From a virus (taxonomy: Duplodnaviria; Caudoviricetes), in IMG/VR virus record IMGVR_UViG_3300032038_000045, positions 25,174-89,173 of that record: DNA of 64,000 nucleotides; one strand, 5' to 3'. Below the pieces are notes generated by a model. It did no database searches. It was not told the DNA's origin and saw only the letters and a list, made by a program, of their open reading frames with translations. A program made the position numbers and the translations under genes. Of the stretch, positions 1 through 9,377 are shown in pieces. Every line of letters begins with the position of its first letter. Positions within the stretch are counted from its first letter, which is position 1.

Positions 1-82
1 CAAAAATATATACTATACATAATAAATTGAATCTTAAAATTAATAATTATATTTCTTTTGTTCAGAATAAATTATTAGAGAA

Positions 83-307
83 ATGAGCAAGGTAATATTC
101 AGTAAAGATAATTTTGCACGAAAGCATATTGACAATTCTATAAATACTGTTGTTAAAATGCACTTCGGTTTTATTGATACTGATTGTACCTTAGTTAAAA
201 ATTTACTTACAGGTATTTCTTATAGTCTTATTGATTCTGCTTATATTCTAAATAAAGAAAGACTTTCTTCTTTTAATAATCTTTTAACAAAATTAGCGTA
301 TGACTAA
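83..307 (+). CDS. small hypothetical virion-region protein
   Basis: 74-aa ORF whose stop overlaps the next start (ATGA at 300); position in structural block only. Confidence 0.55.
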   Translation: MSKVIFSKDNFARKHIDNSINTVVKMHFGFIDTDCTLVKNLLTGISYSLIDSAYILNKERLSSFNNLLTKLAYD

Positions 308-854
308 ACTAAAAGGTAATGGTTTATACTTAGAAATACCTTTTGACTATCTTTGTGTATATCACCAACTTTTAAATTATCTTGCTGATTTTGGAGAAGA
401 TGCTTTAAGAGATTGTGATTCTACCTGTAAAGGTTCTAATAAAGGTATTATTCAGTGTTGGAATATGTTTCAAGCTGCTGTAGCTGCTTATAATTTAGGT
501 CAATATAAACGTGCAAATGTATTGATGAAATATATAGAGTCTCAGCTTGAACTTATATATAAAGGTAGGGGTATAAATGAGTTTTCTGCTGGAGAACTTT
601 ATCCCGTTGATGAAGAGGGGTTTGTTTATGGAGTAGTTTCTTGTAGAAACATGATTGAATTTTATGTTCCTACAGAAGATGAAACTTTTATTCAAGAAAT
701 TGTAGTAAAAGGAGAAAAACAAACTATTACACAAAATCTTAAAGCTTGGAACTTATACGTTAAATTCTTAAATGTTCCTTCTAAAGATAGAGATTTTGAT
801 TTAATTACTGATGAAAACAAAGATTTAATTGTAACAAGCAATTATATAGTTTAA
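300..854 (+). CDS. crAss-like virion structural protein (unassigned)
   Basis: 184-aa ORF, helical N-domain with Cys-rich stretch CDSTCKG...CWNMFQAAVAAY, coupled to fibre genes. Confidence 0.5.
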   Translation: MTKLKGNGLYLEIPFDYLCVYHQLLNYLADFGEDALRDCDSTCKGSNKGIIQCWNMFQAAVAAYNLGQYKRANVLMKYIESQLELIYKGRGINEFSAGELYPVDEEGFVYGVVSCRNMIEFYVPTEDETFIQEIVVKGEKQTITQNLKAWNLYVKFLNVPSKDRDFDLITDENKDLIVTSNYIV

Positions 855-856
855 AT

Positions 857-2467
857 ATGGCTGAAGTTTTTACAAAGAATCTTGGAAAAGTATGTCTTAC
901 TTGTGATGGTTATTGGGATTCTACCAAATCTTACGAAAGACTTTGCTTAGTTACTGTAGAATATTCTGATGGTAAAGTTGAAGCTTATGTTTCAAGAAAA
1001 GCTGTACCAGCAGGAGTTTCCCCTGTAAAGGGAAGTGTTACTGAGTATTGGCAGATAATTTATACTTGCGCTGGCCATGATGGTGGTGACAGCGATAAAA
1101 AAAAATATAGGCTAACTATAAATACTAATCCAGGTTCTGCAACTGTTAAAATGAATGGTATAGTTGTTTCTTCTAAAACTAAAGAGTTTTATGAGGGAAC
1201 AACTGTTACCGTTGAAGTAAGTGCAAGCGGATATACTACTAAAACAAGAACTTATACTTTAAGTGCTGATGTAACTGATACTATATCGTTGGATGCTATT
1301 ACTACTGTTAAACACAGACTTACTATAAATACTGTTCCTTCAGGTGCTTTTGTATATATGAATAATTCTCTTGTTAGTTCTAAGACAAAAGAATTTGATG
1401 AAGGTACCGTTGTAAATGTTAGAGTTCAGTTATCTGGTTATGGTAGTGAAACGAGAAGTTACACTATGAATACTGATATTACTGATACTATAACATTAAG
1501 TCAGGTACAACCTACTACATATATAGTTACTATTGGAACTCCTACTCCAAGTAATGCTGTAATAAAAGTAGATGGTGTTACTAAACAACCTGGAGATACT
1601 ATTGAAGTAACTGCTGGAACAAGAATAACTGTTACTGCTACTGCAGATGGTTATGAAAATTATAGTCAACAATTTACTATAAATAGTAATAGAACAATAA
1701 CTCCTGTTCTTACAAAAATTCCTGATGTTAGAGTTTTTACTATAGATGGTAATTCAGATTCGTTTACTAAAAATGTAGAATTTGGTACTCAACAAGTTGT
1801 TCTTGATTTTGTTTCTTTATTAAATAATGAAAGTGTAAATGTAGTAGAAGTTACTTCTACTGGCAACTTAGCGGCTGTTGTAAATAATAATACTAAAAAA
1901 ATTACATTAAGTAGAATAGATAGTGCTGCTGGTATAAATGGAACTTCTTCATTTAAACAAAGTGATGATAATAAAGTTATAGTTGTAACTATATCTATGA
2001 ATGAAGAAGGAGAAGCCGTTTATACTTTGACCGCTGATGGAAGTTCTAATGATGTTACAAAGAACATAAATGCTGCTGGTGGAACGATAAATATACCTAT
2101 TGTATCTAAGAAAACTCAAAGTGGAGTTGATACAAATGCAAATTACAGTATTTCTGGTAATGATTTTACTAATAACAATAATGTTGTAAGTATTAATGTA
2201 CCAGCAAATAACAATACTTCTTCGAGAACATACAGTACCACTGTTACTCAAGCTGAATCCGGTAAAACTTTAACTATAACAGTTGTTCAAGCTGGAGTTG
2301 CAGCATATGTAAATGTTGAAGACATTAATGGTAATGAGTTAGAAAATCTTTATTTTACCGCTGATGGTATTCCTTGTGATTCCAATGGAGATCCTCTAAG
2401 TGGTGCTACTCAAGTTGATGGACAAAACATTTATGTTAAATCTAATACTACATGGAGTGTAATTTAA
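857..2467 (+). CDS. fibre/adhesin protein with 3 PEGA-like repeats, a BACON-like domain and a C-terminal half BACON
   Basis: Tandem ~65-aa repeats (RLTINTxP...VSSKTKEFxEGT..V.V..SGY); Thr/Ser/Val-rich beta composition; VPANNNTSSRTYSTTVTQ; ends LYFTADG...VKSNTTWSVI. Confidence 0.75.
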   Translation: MAEVFTKNLGKVCLTCDGYWDSTKSYERLCLVTVEYSDGKVEAYVSRKAVPAGVSPVKGSVTEYWQIIYTCAGHDGGDSDKKKYRLTINTNPGSATVKMNGIVVSSKTKEFYEGTTVTVEVSASGYTTKTRTYTLSADVTDTISLDAITTVKHRLTINTVPSGAFVYMNNSLVSSKTKEFDEGTVVNVRVQLSGYGSETRSYTMNTDITDTITLSQVQPTTYIVTIGTPTPSNAVIKVDGVTKQPGDTIEVTAGTRITVTATADGYENYSQQFTINSNRTITPVLTKIPDVRVFTIDGNSDSFTKNVEFGTQQVVLDFVSLLNNESVNVVEVTSTGNLAAVVNNNTKKITLSRIDSAAGINGTSSFKQSDDNKVIVVTISMNEEGEAVYTLTADGSSNDVTKNINAAGGTINIPIVSKKTQSGVDTNANYSISGNDFTNNNNVVSINVPANNNTSSRTYSTTVTQAESGKTLTITVVQAGVAAYVNVEDINGNELENLYFTADGIPCDSNGDPLSGATQVDGQNIYVKSNTTWSVI

Positions 2468-2480
2468 ACTAAAGTAAATA

Positions 2481-3143
2481 ATGGCAAAACCTTCTTATAT
2501 AACTTGTGCTCCTACAAGTGGGAGTAACAATGGAACTGTAAAAGTTACTTGTACATCTGGATATAAAGGACGTTCTCAAAGAAGTGGTAATATAACAATA
2601 GGTTCAAAATCTGTAGGTGTTACTCAATTTGGTGCGCCACTTTATGTAATTATTACTGCTAATAAAACTACTGCCGATAAAAGCGGTGATACTATAATTA
2701 TTACTGGTAGAACAAATGGTAGAGTTATAAGTGTATCTACGAATAATAGTGCTGTTTTTCCTATTTCTTCTTTAGTTTACAATAATACTAATGGAAGTGG
2801 TTCTGATTCATCTAAAACAGTTACACCTGCTTCTGACCCTGGAGCAAATGAAGAAATAACTTTTACTGCCACAATAAATGTTCCAGCTAATGAAAGCACT
2901 TCTATAAGAAATGGTAGAATAACTGCAAGTGTTCAAGGTGATACTTCTGCACAAACTGCAAGTAATAATATTAACTTGAGCCAGCAAGCTGGAAATGCTA
3001 CGTTAAATGTAAGTCCTACTAATTTATACTTTACTGCAGACGGTGTGCCTTGCAATGCTAATGGTGACGAGATTAGCGGAGCAACTCAGGCAAATGGTCA
3101 AAATATAACTGTTACTTCTAATACTACATGGGAAGTTAGTTAA
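2481..3143 (+). CDS. BACON-domain fibre protein
   Basis: PTSGSNNGTVKVT, DPGA, VPANESTSIRNGRITA and VTSNTTW are BACON-type motifs. Confidence 0.75.
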   Translation: MAKPSYITCAPTSGSNNGTVKVTCTSGYKGRSQRSGNITIGSKSVGVTQFGAPLYVIITANKTTADKSGDTIIITGRTNGRVISVSTNNSAVFPISSLVYNNTNGSGSDSSKTVTPASDPGANEEITFTATINVPANESTSIRNGRITASVQGDTSAQTASNNINLSQQAGNATLNVSPTNLYFTADGVPCNANGDEISGATQANGQNITVTSNTTWEVS

Positions 3144-3154
3144 TTGATTTTACA

Positions 3155-3469
3155 ATGTATGTAGAAACTATTTTATCTTATGTTAGTGAAAGTTTTAATT
3201 TTGCTTATGTTATAACAATTAATATTGTTGTGTATCTTCTCCTTTACGGGGTAGGTTATATTACAAAAAAGGAAATTAAAAAACCTTATAAAATATTAAC
3301 AACAATTATAGTTACTATAATATTTGCATTTATTTATCACTTTACTACTGAGATAACAAATGAACAATTAATTAATAGTTCAATTCTTGCTCCAGTTAGT
3401 TGGGATTGGATTATTAAGCCTATATTACAGAAACTTAAAATAGATTATAATAAAGATGGAGCGTTTTAA
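3155..3469 (+). CDS. putative holin
   Basis: 104 aa, 2-3 hydrophobic segments, charged C-terminus (KPILQKLKIDYNKD). Confidence 0.55.
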   Translation: MYVETILSYVSESFNFAYVITINIVVYLLLYGVGYITKKEIKKPYKILTTIIVTIIFAFIYHFTTEITNEQLINSSILAPVSWDWIIKPILQKLKIDYNKDGAF

Positions 3470-3932
3470 ACCTTGGAAAGAGTTAGTTTTAGCTCTTAGA
3501 AGTATTGCTGATGCTATAGAAGGAGGAAATGATTCTCAAGGAAGTGGTGAAATTGACAATACTATATATAGATATAATGGAGCTAAAAGAGTAATGTTAG
3601 TTAACAGAAATTTTGATAACAGTAAATTTTCGCTTGATTTTAGTAATCCGAGTTCTTTAGGAACTATAAATTTATTAGGTGATTTGCTTAATCAAGAAGG
3701 TGTAGATATATTAAACAATATTATTGATTCACTTATCAAAGAAGATACTTATACTTATGAGATAGGAGCATTTTTTAAAACTAATGCAGGAAGTGTATTT
3801 TTTCCTATATTTCTTCTTACTAAAGAAAACAATAAAATTATGCTTGAAGGTGATTTCCTTATTGGGAAACATTTTGAAACTACTGATAAATTTAGTGTGA
3901 ATGATGAAGTTAAAACTGAGGAAGAACACTAA
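3456..3932 (+). CDS. hypothetical protein, paralog family A
   Basis: N-terminus FKPWKEL..A...I..AIEG and internal DLLNQEGVDILN shared with 3945-4409. Confidence 0.7.
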   Translation: MERFKPWKELVLALRSIADAIEGGNDSQGSGEIDNTIYRYNGAKRVMLVNRNFDNSKFSLDFSNPSSLGTINLLGDLLNQEGVDILNNIIDSLIKEDTYTYEIGAFFKTNAGSVFFPIFLLTKENNKIMLEGDFLIGKHFETTDKFSVNDEVKTEEEH

Positions 3933-3944
3933 TTTTAAATTATT

Positions 3945-4409
3945 ATGGAAACTTTTAAAGCATGGAAAGAGCTTATAAAAGCTGTTAAAGGTATTAGTTC
4001 TGCTATAGAAGGTGAAGACTCTAAAGGAGGTTCTTGTGAAGTTGATAACATTAATTATATTAATGAGGAAGAAAGAATTTTATTTAATAGAAATTTAGAT
4101 AATACAAAATTAGCGTTTGATGCAGCTACTGGTCCTACAAGTATGCAAAAAGTTGGGGATTTATTTAATCAAGAAGGTATTGATATAATAAATAGTATGT
4201 TGCCTATTTTAGTTAATAATCAAGAGAGATATTGGGATGTTTATTTTTTCATAAAAGATGCACCTACTGGAAATGTTGCACAACCTATAGTTAAATTAAT
4301 GTATAATGGAGTTGATAATTTGTTTGCTATGAAATGTGGTGGATATGTTGCAAGAATTAGTGATAAATTTACTTTAGACACTGCTATGTCTCAAGGTGGT
4401 GTAGCATAA
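3945..4409 (+). CDS. hypothetical protein, paralog family A
   Basis: Tandem paralog of 3456-3932 (FKAWKEL, AIEG, DLFNQEGIDIIN). Confidence 0.7.
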   Translation: METFKAWKELIKAVKGISSAIEGEDSKGGSCEVDNINYINEEERILFNRNLDNTKLAFDAATGPTSMQKVGDLFNQEGIDIINSMLPILVNNQERYWDVYFFIKDAPTGNVAQPIVKLMYNGVDNLFAMKCGGYVARISDKFTLDTAMSQGGVA

Positions 4410-4465
4410 ACTTACAATTAAAAATATTGCTCTTGCTAACTAATTTTATATAGATAGAATAGATT

Positions 4466-4594
4466 ATGAATATCCATATAATTGAAATTAAAAAGCTATT
4501 AAATAAAATAGTTAAAGGTAATTCAAATTCTTTTGTTAGTAATCAAAACAATTCTTCTGAAAATAAAAATAAAATAGAAGATAATAAAAAATAA
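4466..4594 (+). CDS. 42-aa small ORF not in the supplied track
   Basis: MNIHIIEIKKLLNKIVKGNSNSF... mirrors the N-terminus of 4606-4884 (DIIEIKKLLNQIVKNSQGF). Confidence 0.55.
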   Translation: MNIHIIEIKKLLNKIVKGNSNSFVSNQNNSSENKNKIEDNKK

Positions 4595-4605
4595 ATTTTA
4601 ATATT

Positions 4606-4884
4606 ATGCTTACAGAAAGAGATATTATTGAAATAAAGAAACTTCTTAATCAAATTGTAAAAAATAGTCAAGGTTTTATAACTCTTGACCAACTTAATGA
4701 AATTTTACAAAATGCTGGTTATGAAATTAGTAGTAATAAAAGTCAAAGTGTAAATGAAAATTCTACTTCAGACGAATATCCTTCTGGAGCTGCTATTGCA
4801 TCTTTAGCTGAAACTTGGACTTTTACTTTAGACGATAATACACAAGTAACGAAAAAAGTATTATGCTTAACTTTGCAGCCGTAA
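4606..4884 (+). CDS. small tail-fibre-associated protein
   Basis: 92 aa; helical N-terminus; ETWTFTLDDNTQVTKKV resembles short phage fibre end motifs. Confidence 0.55.
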   Translation: MLTERDIIEIKKLLNQIVKNSQGFITLDQLNEILQNAGYEISSNKSQSVNENSTSDEYPSGAAIASLAETWTFTLDDNTQVTKKVLCLTLQP

Positions 4885-6248
4885 AACAAATTGTCATACC
4901 TGAAGGAAATGTAATAGCTATTGATGATGAAAATAATGTTAGGATATGGCAAGCAGCTTTTGATGCTATAGTAAATGGAGTTTCTCCTTTAACTTTGCCT
5001 TCTGCTGTTAGAGCAGCTGTAGTTTATCTTAAGCAACAAGGAATTTGTGAACAAAACGGTACTCCTACTCCTACAAGTCCTGTAGATATAAAATGTAATA
5101 ATGGAGTTATAAGAATTAAAGATAGAGAACTTCCTTACGGGTATAGAAGACTTATAGGTATTAATTTTGATGGAAATGTTTTCTATGATACTGGAATGAA
5201 ATTATATGGTAGTGATACTTTAAAGTTTAAATTTAAAGCATCTATTGCCTGTAATGTTTTAGGATGTTATACTTCTGCTTCTGCACAAACTAATTATTCT
5301 TTATATGTAGGAACTTCTGCTACTCCTACTTATCTTAGATATAATGGAGGTTCTTATAATTCTAAAATAGACGCAAATGATTGGTATGATGTAACTATTA
5401 CTCCTACTGGTTCTCAAGGAATGAAAACTGATTCTACTTGGGCAGCCAAATCTTTTACTACAGATTCTGATTTATTAATAGGTAGTACTTCTTATGGAGC
5501 TACTTCTGCAAAATTAACTGGAGCTTTGGAAGGAAATATTGTAGTTCTTGGAAGAGAAACAATTATTCCTTGTAAAAGAGTTTCAGATGGAAAACTTGGT
5601 TATTATATGAAACTTGCAAATAGATTTATAGAAAATCAAGGAACTGGAACTCCTACTTCATTGGGATATGATAATACTTATTATGATGAATTATTTGTTG
5701 ATGGTACTTCTGAAGTTTTAACTCTTAATTCTCAAACTGCTTCTGTTAAAAACTTGTTTGCAGTAGGGGATTATAAAGATGAACAAGATATTATAAGCGG
5801 AAATATAATAAGAAGAGTTAAAATACTTGTTTTAGATGGAGAAACTGAATTAGAAGAAGGTTATGCTTTTAGTGGAGCTAATAATTGTATGATACTTTAT
5901 ATTTACGATGGAATAAATGAAACTTATACTCCTTTATGTACTCATTTTGCTGGTACTACAAAATATGGAAGTTCTATGCCAAATAATAGTATTATTGTAA
6001 GGGTTTCTGGTAATAGACGTACTATTAGTATAAAAAATAATAATTGGTCGAATATACAAGATTATACCAATTTTATGAAAGCTCAATATGAAGCTGGAAC
6101 ACCTGTCATTGTAATTTATTCTCTTGAAACAGAAACTACAGAACAAGTAATTCCTCAACTTCTTAATACTATAGAAGGAGATAATGTTGTAACTGTTACT
6201 GCAGAAGTTTCTAATATTGCTTTGGAAGTTAAATATAAAAGAAATTAG
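4863..6248 (+). CDS. tail fibre / receptor-binding protein candidate with lectin-like beta domains
   Basis: 461 aa, beta-rich; GICEQNGTPTPTSPVDI and YRRLIGINFDGNVFYDTG...GYY segments resemble phage fibre modules. Confidence 0.55.
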   Translation: MLNFAAVKQIVIPEGNVIAIDDENNVRIWQAAFDAIVNGVSPLTLPSAVRAAVVYLKQQGICEQNGTPTPTSPVDIKCNNGVIRIKDRELPYGYRRLIGINFDGNVFYDTGMKLYGSDTLKFKFKASIACNVLGCYTSASAQTNYSLYVGTSATPTYLRYNGGSYNSKIDANDWYDVTITPTGSQGMKTDSTWAAKSFTTDSDLLIGSTSYGATSAKLTGALEGNIVVLGRETIIPCKRVSDGKLGYYMKLANRFIENQGTGTPTSLGYDNTYYDELFVDGTSEVLTLNSQTASVKNLFAVGDYKDEQDIISGNIIRRVKILVLDGETELEEGYAFSGANNCMILYIYDGINETYTPLCTHFAGTTKYGSSMPNNSIIVRVSGNRRTISIKNNNWSNIQDYTNFMKAQYEAGTPVIVIYSLETETTEQVIPQLLNTIEGDNVVTVTAEVSNIALEVKYKRN

Positions 6249-6250
6249 GT

Positions 6251-6383
6251 ATGGCTATAAAAAAATCTTGCAGATTATCAAAAAGATATTAATAATATTG
6301 ATAATCAAATTGCACAACTTACACAATTAAGACAAAGGACTTTAGATATTTATAATAAAAATGTTGCTGTTAACTTCGTATAA
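6251..6383 (+). pseudogene. 43-aa coiled-coil-like ORF broken by one extra A in an A7 tract
   Basis: Removing one A from 6259-6265 gives MAIKNLADYQKDINNIDNQIAQLTQLRQRTLDIYNKNVAVNFV; the DYQKDIN frame matches the intact paralog at 6897. Confidence 0.55.
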
Positions 6384-6939
6384 TTTTATTTTATTATGGT
6401 TCTCAGAAATAAAACTATTATAACCAAAAAGAATGGTTCTATTTTTATTCCAAATAGAATAATAAGAGCTGAATATCCTGCTGGTAATAAAAGTGATAGT
6501 GGTGATGATGATTCCAATTCAAAAATTTATTATCTTAAGATATTATCAGATGATTTTATAAAAGGAATAGATATTCTTGCTTCTTCAAGTGCTGGATTTA
6601 TAGGTCTTGTATATTTGAAAAGCTATTTTCAAGATGGTCAAAGAGTGTTTAAAGAACATATTACAACTCGTGATAAATTTTCAAAATGTGTACTTGTTCA
6701 TTATACAAATTTTACTGGCAACGTTATTGCAGGAAGGCTTGATTTTATATCACCACAATTTGATACAGTTACTTCAGATAATTTTAAGGGAAGAGAATTG
6801 ATATTTTTGTCACTTAACACACTATATCTTAATGAAATTATAAATGCTCTTGATGAAAGTGTAAAATATGAAACAAATTTTTAATTAAATTAAGATATGG
6901 TTTTTAAAATAAGTTCAGATTATCAAAAAGATATTAATA
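6271..6939 (+). repeat. 24-bp direct repeat CAGATTATCAAAAAGATATTAATA at 6271-6294 and 6916-6939
   Basis: Exact match read from sequence; each copy precedes a variable-cassette gene. Confidence 0.9.
6396..6884 (+). CDS. hypothetical protein in variable cassette
   Basis: 162 aa; acidic Gly/Ser linker followed by IYYLK, similar layout to 6971-7549. Confidence 0.6.
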   Translation: MVLRNKTIITKKNGSIFIPNRIIRAEYPAGNKSDSGDDDSNSKIYYLKILSDDFIKGIDILASSSAGFIGLVYLKSYFQDGQRVFKEHITTRDKFSKCVLVHYTNFTGNVIAGRLDFISPQFDTVTSDNFKGRELIFLSLNTLYLNEIINALDESVKYETNF

Positions 6940-6998
6940 GTATTTATAATAAAATTATATTCGCAGTATTATGTTTGCAAAATTATTGGCAGAATTAA
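6897..6998 (+). CDS. 33-aa small ORF not in the supplied track
   Basis: MVFKISSDYQKDINSIYNK...; shares 24 identical bp with 6271-6294. Confidence 0.35.
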   Translation: MVFKISSDYQKDINSIYNKIIFAVLCLQNYWQN

Positions 6999-7549
6999 AA
7001 AGAATAGCTATATTGCTTCAAAGCAAAAAGTTAGTTGATAAAGATTATGTTCCTGATGAAGGTGGAAGTGAAAGTGATGATAAATTTTATTTATTAAAAG
7101 GAGGTAGTGTAGCACCAGAAATACCCCAAATGGCAGTTATATGCGGTATTTCTTTTCAAAAATTGGATTTAACCAAGATTGATTTTACAACTATAACTGG
7201 TGACTGTCTTGCTAATGAATTATTTACAACAAAAGGTATTGATGTTATTAATAAAATTATAAAAAGTTTACATCCAGCTTTTATTGGTGATGGCTATAGG
7301 ACCAAATATTATTTTTCTACTATAGAATCTAAAGATTATAATTCAATATGGCTACCTAAGAGCACTGATGAACCTGATTTTATGCTAAGAGGATATAATG
7401 ATCAAACAGAAAAAGAAAGTATTAGAGGAATTATAATAAGTGTTACTATAGATGATAAAAAATATCTTACTGCGGCACTTTCAAAAGGAACTTATTTAAC
7501 TGAAAATACTCAGTTTATATATGTAAATGATGAAACCCAAGAACATTAA
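6971..7549 (+). CDS. hypothetical protein, distant member of paralog family A
   Basis: Amphipathic N-helix, PDEGGSESDDK linker, ELFTTKGIDVINKII matches the family A motif. Confidence 0.6.
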   Translation: MFAKLLAELKRIAILLQSKKLVDKDYVPDEGGSESDDKFYLLKGGSVAPEIPQMAVICGISFQKLDLTKIDFTTITGDCLANELFTTKGIDVINKIIKSLHPAFIGDGYRTKYYFSTIESKDYNSIWLPKSTDEPDFMLRGYNDQTEKESIRGIIISVTIDDKKYLTAALSKGTYLTENTQFIYVNDETQEH

Positions 7550-7719
7550 TATAACTTGATTTATTAATATTTTAATTTGTTGTTGTAACACACTGTGATA
7601 GCGTTAATATTATTTTGTAATGGTAATATTATTAAAATAATCAATACTATAAATTAAATTTAGGTTTAGAATGTATTGCTGCAAAATAAATTTTAAAATA
7701 TAAAAAAAATATAATTATA

Positions 7720-8511
7720 ATGGCAAGTATAGAACAACTTGTTTCTGAAATTGCTCATAGTGTTCAGCAAGCGAATAGCATACCCGTAAGGCGTGCTATT
7801 CGCCTTGCTGTTATACATAATAGAAATAAACTTATTAGACAAAGTTTTGAAAGACATAATTATATTGATAAAGTTCTTCAGCAAAGATTTCGTATTTCTT
7901 TAATTCCTTGTCCCGATGGAGATATCAATACTGAATTATTCCTTTACGGGGGAGATTTATATGATAAAAGTTTAGAAGATAGTGAAACTGAACCTACTAT
8001 TCGTAGAAGTGAATATATTGATGAATTTGGAGAAGTACATAAAATTCTTCGTAGTAAACAAAGAGTTCCACGTCCTACAAGATTAGATAATAATCTTCCA
8101 TTTCTTTCTGTAAGAACTACTGGTGTTAGAAATCCAATAGAAATACCTTTTGTTAAAGAAGCTGGAAGCAAATATTATCGTCATCTTCCTGGTATGTGTA
8201 AAAGTATTTCTTATGATTATATCAATCAATATATTTATTTAGATGTTACTAAGAATACTGATTTTATAAATTTAGGTTCAATAATTGTAGAATCTCCTTT
8301 TGAATATCCTACAATAATAGATGATGAAGAAACTGTGTATTCTGGAATACAAGAAGAACATTTCGATGGTAATAAAACTTATACCGCTGATGATGAATTT
8401 ATGATTTCTGAAGATATGATTTATGATATTAAGAAACTTGTTCTTGATGAGTTTAATTCTCAAGTAATTCGAGAAACAAATGAAGTACCAACTCCTAATC
8501 TAATGAAATAA
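7720..8511 (+). CDS. tail ring/tubular protein candidate
   Basis: 263 aa; helical N-terminus, beta body and helical C-terminus; position upstream of the tail stabilisation gene. Confidence 0.5.
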   Translation: MASIEQLVSEIAHSVQQANSIPVRRAIRLAVIHNRNKLIRQSFERHNYIDKVLQQRFRISLIPCPDGDINTELFLYGGDLYDKSLEDSETEPTIRRSEYIDEFGEVHKILRSKQRVPRPTRLDNNLPFLSVRTTGVRNPIEIPFVKEAGSKYYRHLPGMCKSISYDYINQYIYLDVTKNTDFINLGSIIVESPFEYPTIIDDEETVYSGIQEEHFDGNKTYTADDEFMISEDMIYDIKKLVLDEFNSQVIRETNEVPTPNLMK

Positions 8512-9371
8512 TGAACTTTGACTTACTTGGCGATGTAAATGCCAAAAGTGTTTATTTAAGATTACAACATAAATCTCGTGGAGAGTATAGTAGTCTTTGT
8601 AGAAAATTAGATAGAATACTTAAAGCTAAAGAACAGTCTTACGATTATTTATTTGCCCGTAAAGAAGATATATGCAAGACTCTCAAAATTAATCTTCTTA
8701 ATTATCCTATTGAATTTGGAGAACAAACCTTTAATGAAGAGTTGGGTCTTGAAACTAAAGTTTCCAAACTTCTTCGTCTTAAAACAGATAGTCAATATAG
8801 ACAAGATATTGTTCAACTCGCCAAATGGTGTTCTATCATTAGAAATGAACATGATTTAAATAATAAAATTATTATTGCTAAAAAGAAACTAAACCTTAAT
8901 TATAAAGCTTATGAAAATCTAATATTTTTATTTTTTCAAGAAGTTCAAAAAGTTCTCCTACAAGGAGACATTTATAAAATGGGTTATGGTTTAGGTTCTA
9001 TATACTTAGATTGTGTTGAATATAATGAAGGTTCTAAACGAATAGATTTTGCTAAAACTTTAGCTTATAAAAAAGAATTGATTGAATCTGGTAATTTTGA
9101 TGAAAAAACTGATTATAGAATTAAATTTAATAAAAATAAAGACTTGTATCTTAGAGTAGTTAATAGTATGTATTTTACAAGTCAAAAGATGATGAAGTTT
9201 AAATGGAGTGATTATGTAAATGGTAAATATAGAGGCATGATTTATAAAGAAATTTATGATAAGTTTGTTAAAAAAGAAGATGATGTATATTCAATGCAAT
9301 TAAGTCTTAAAAGAAAAATAAATCTTCTTGGATATATTAATCCTGGATTTTATCTTAAATTTAAAAATTAA
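8511..9371 (+). CDS. IHF/HU-like domain protein (crAss type)
   Basis: FFQEVQKVLLQGDIYKMGYGLGSIYL resembles the HU/IHF helix-beta core; basic protein; typical crAss location. Confidence 0.55.
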   Translation: MNFDLLGDVNAKSVYLRLQHKSRGEYSSLCRKLDRILKAKEQSYDYLFARKEDICKTLKINLLNYPIEFGEQTFNEELGLETKVSKLLRLKTDSQYRQDIVQLAKWCSIIRNEHDLNNKIIIAKKKLNLNYKAYENLIFLFFQEVQKVLLQGDIYKMGYGLGSIYLDCVEYNEGSKRIDFAKTLAYKKELIESGNFDEKTDYRIKFNKNKDLYLRVVNSMYFTSQKMMKFKWSDYVNGKYRGMIYKEIYDKFVKKEDDVYSMQLSLKRKINLLGYINPGFYLKFKN

Positions 9372-9377
9372 CGAGTT

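Noticed and set aside
4849-4865. Programmed -1 frameshift fusing 4606-4884 to 4863-6248 at the A6 run
   Set aside because: In-frame context is G AAA AAA rather than A AAA AAG, and the downstream ORF has its own ATG
3456-7549. Diversity-generating retroelement acting on the variable cassette
   Set aside because: No reverse transcriptase and no template/variable repeat pair differing at adenines in this window
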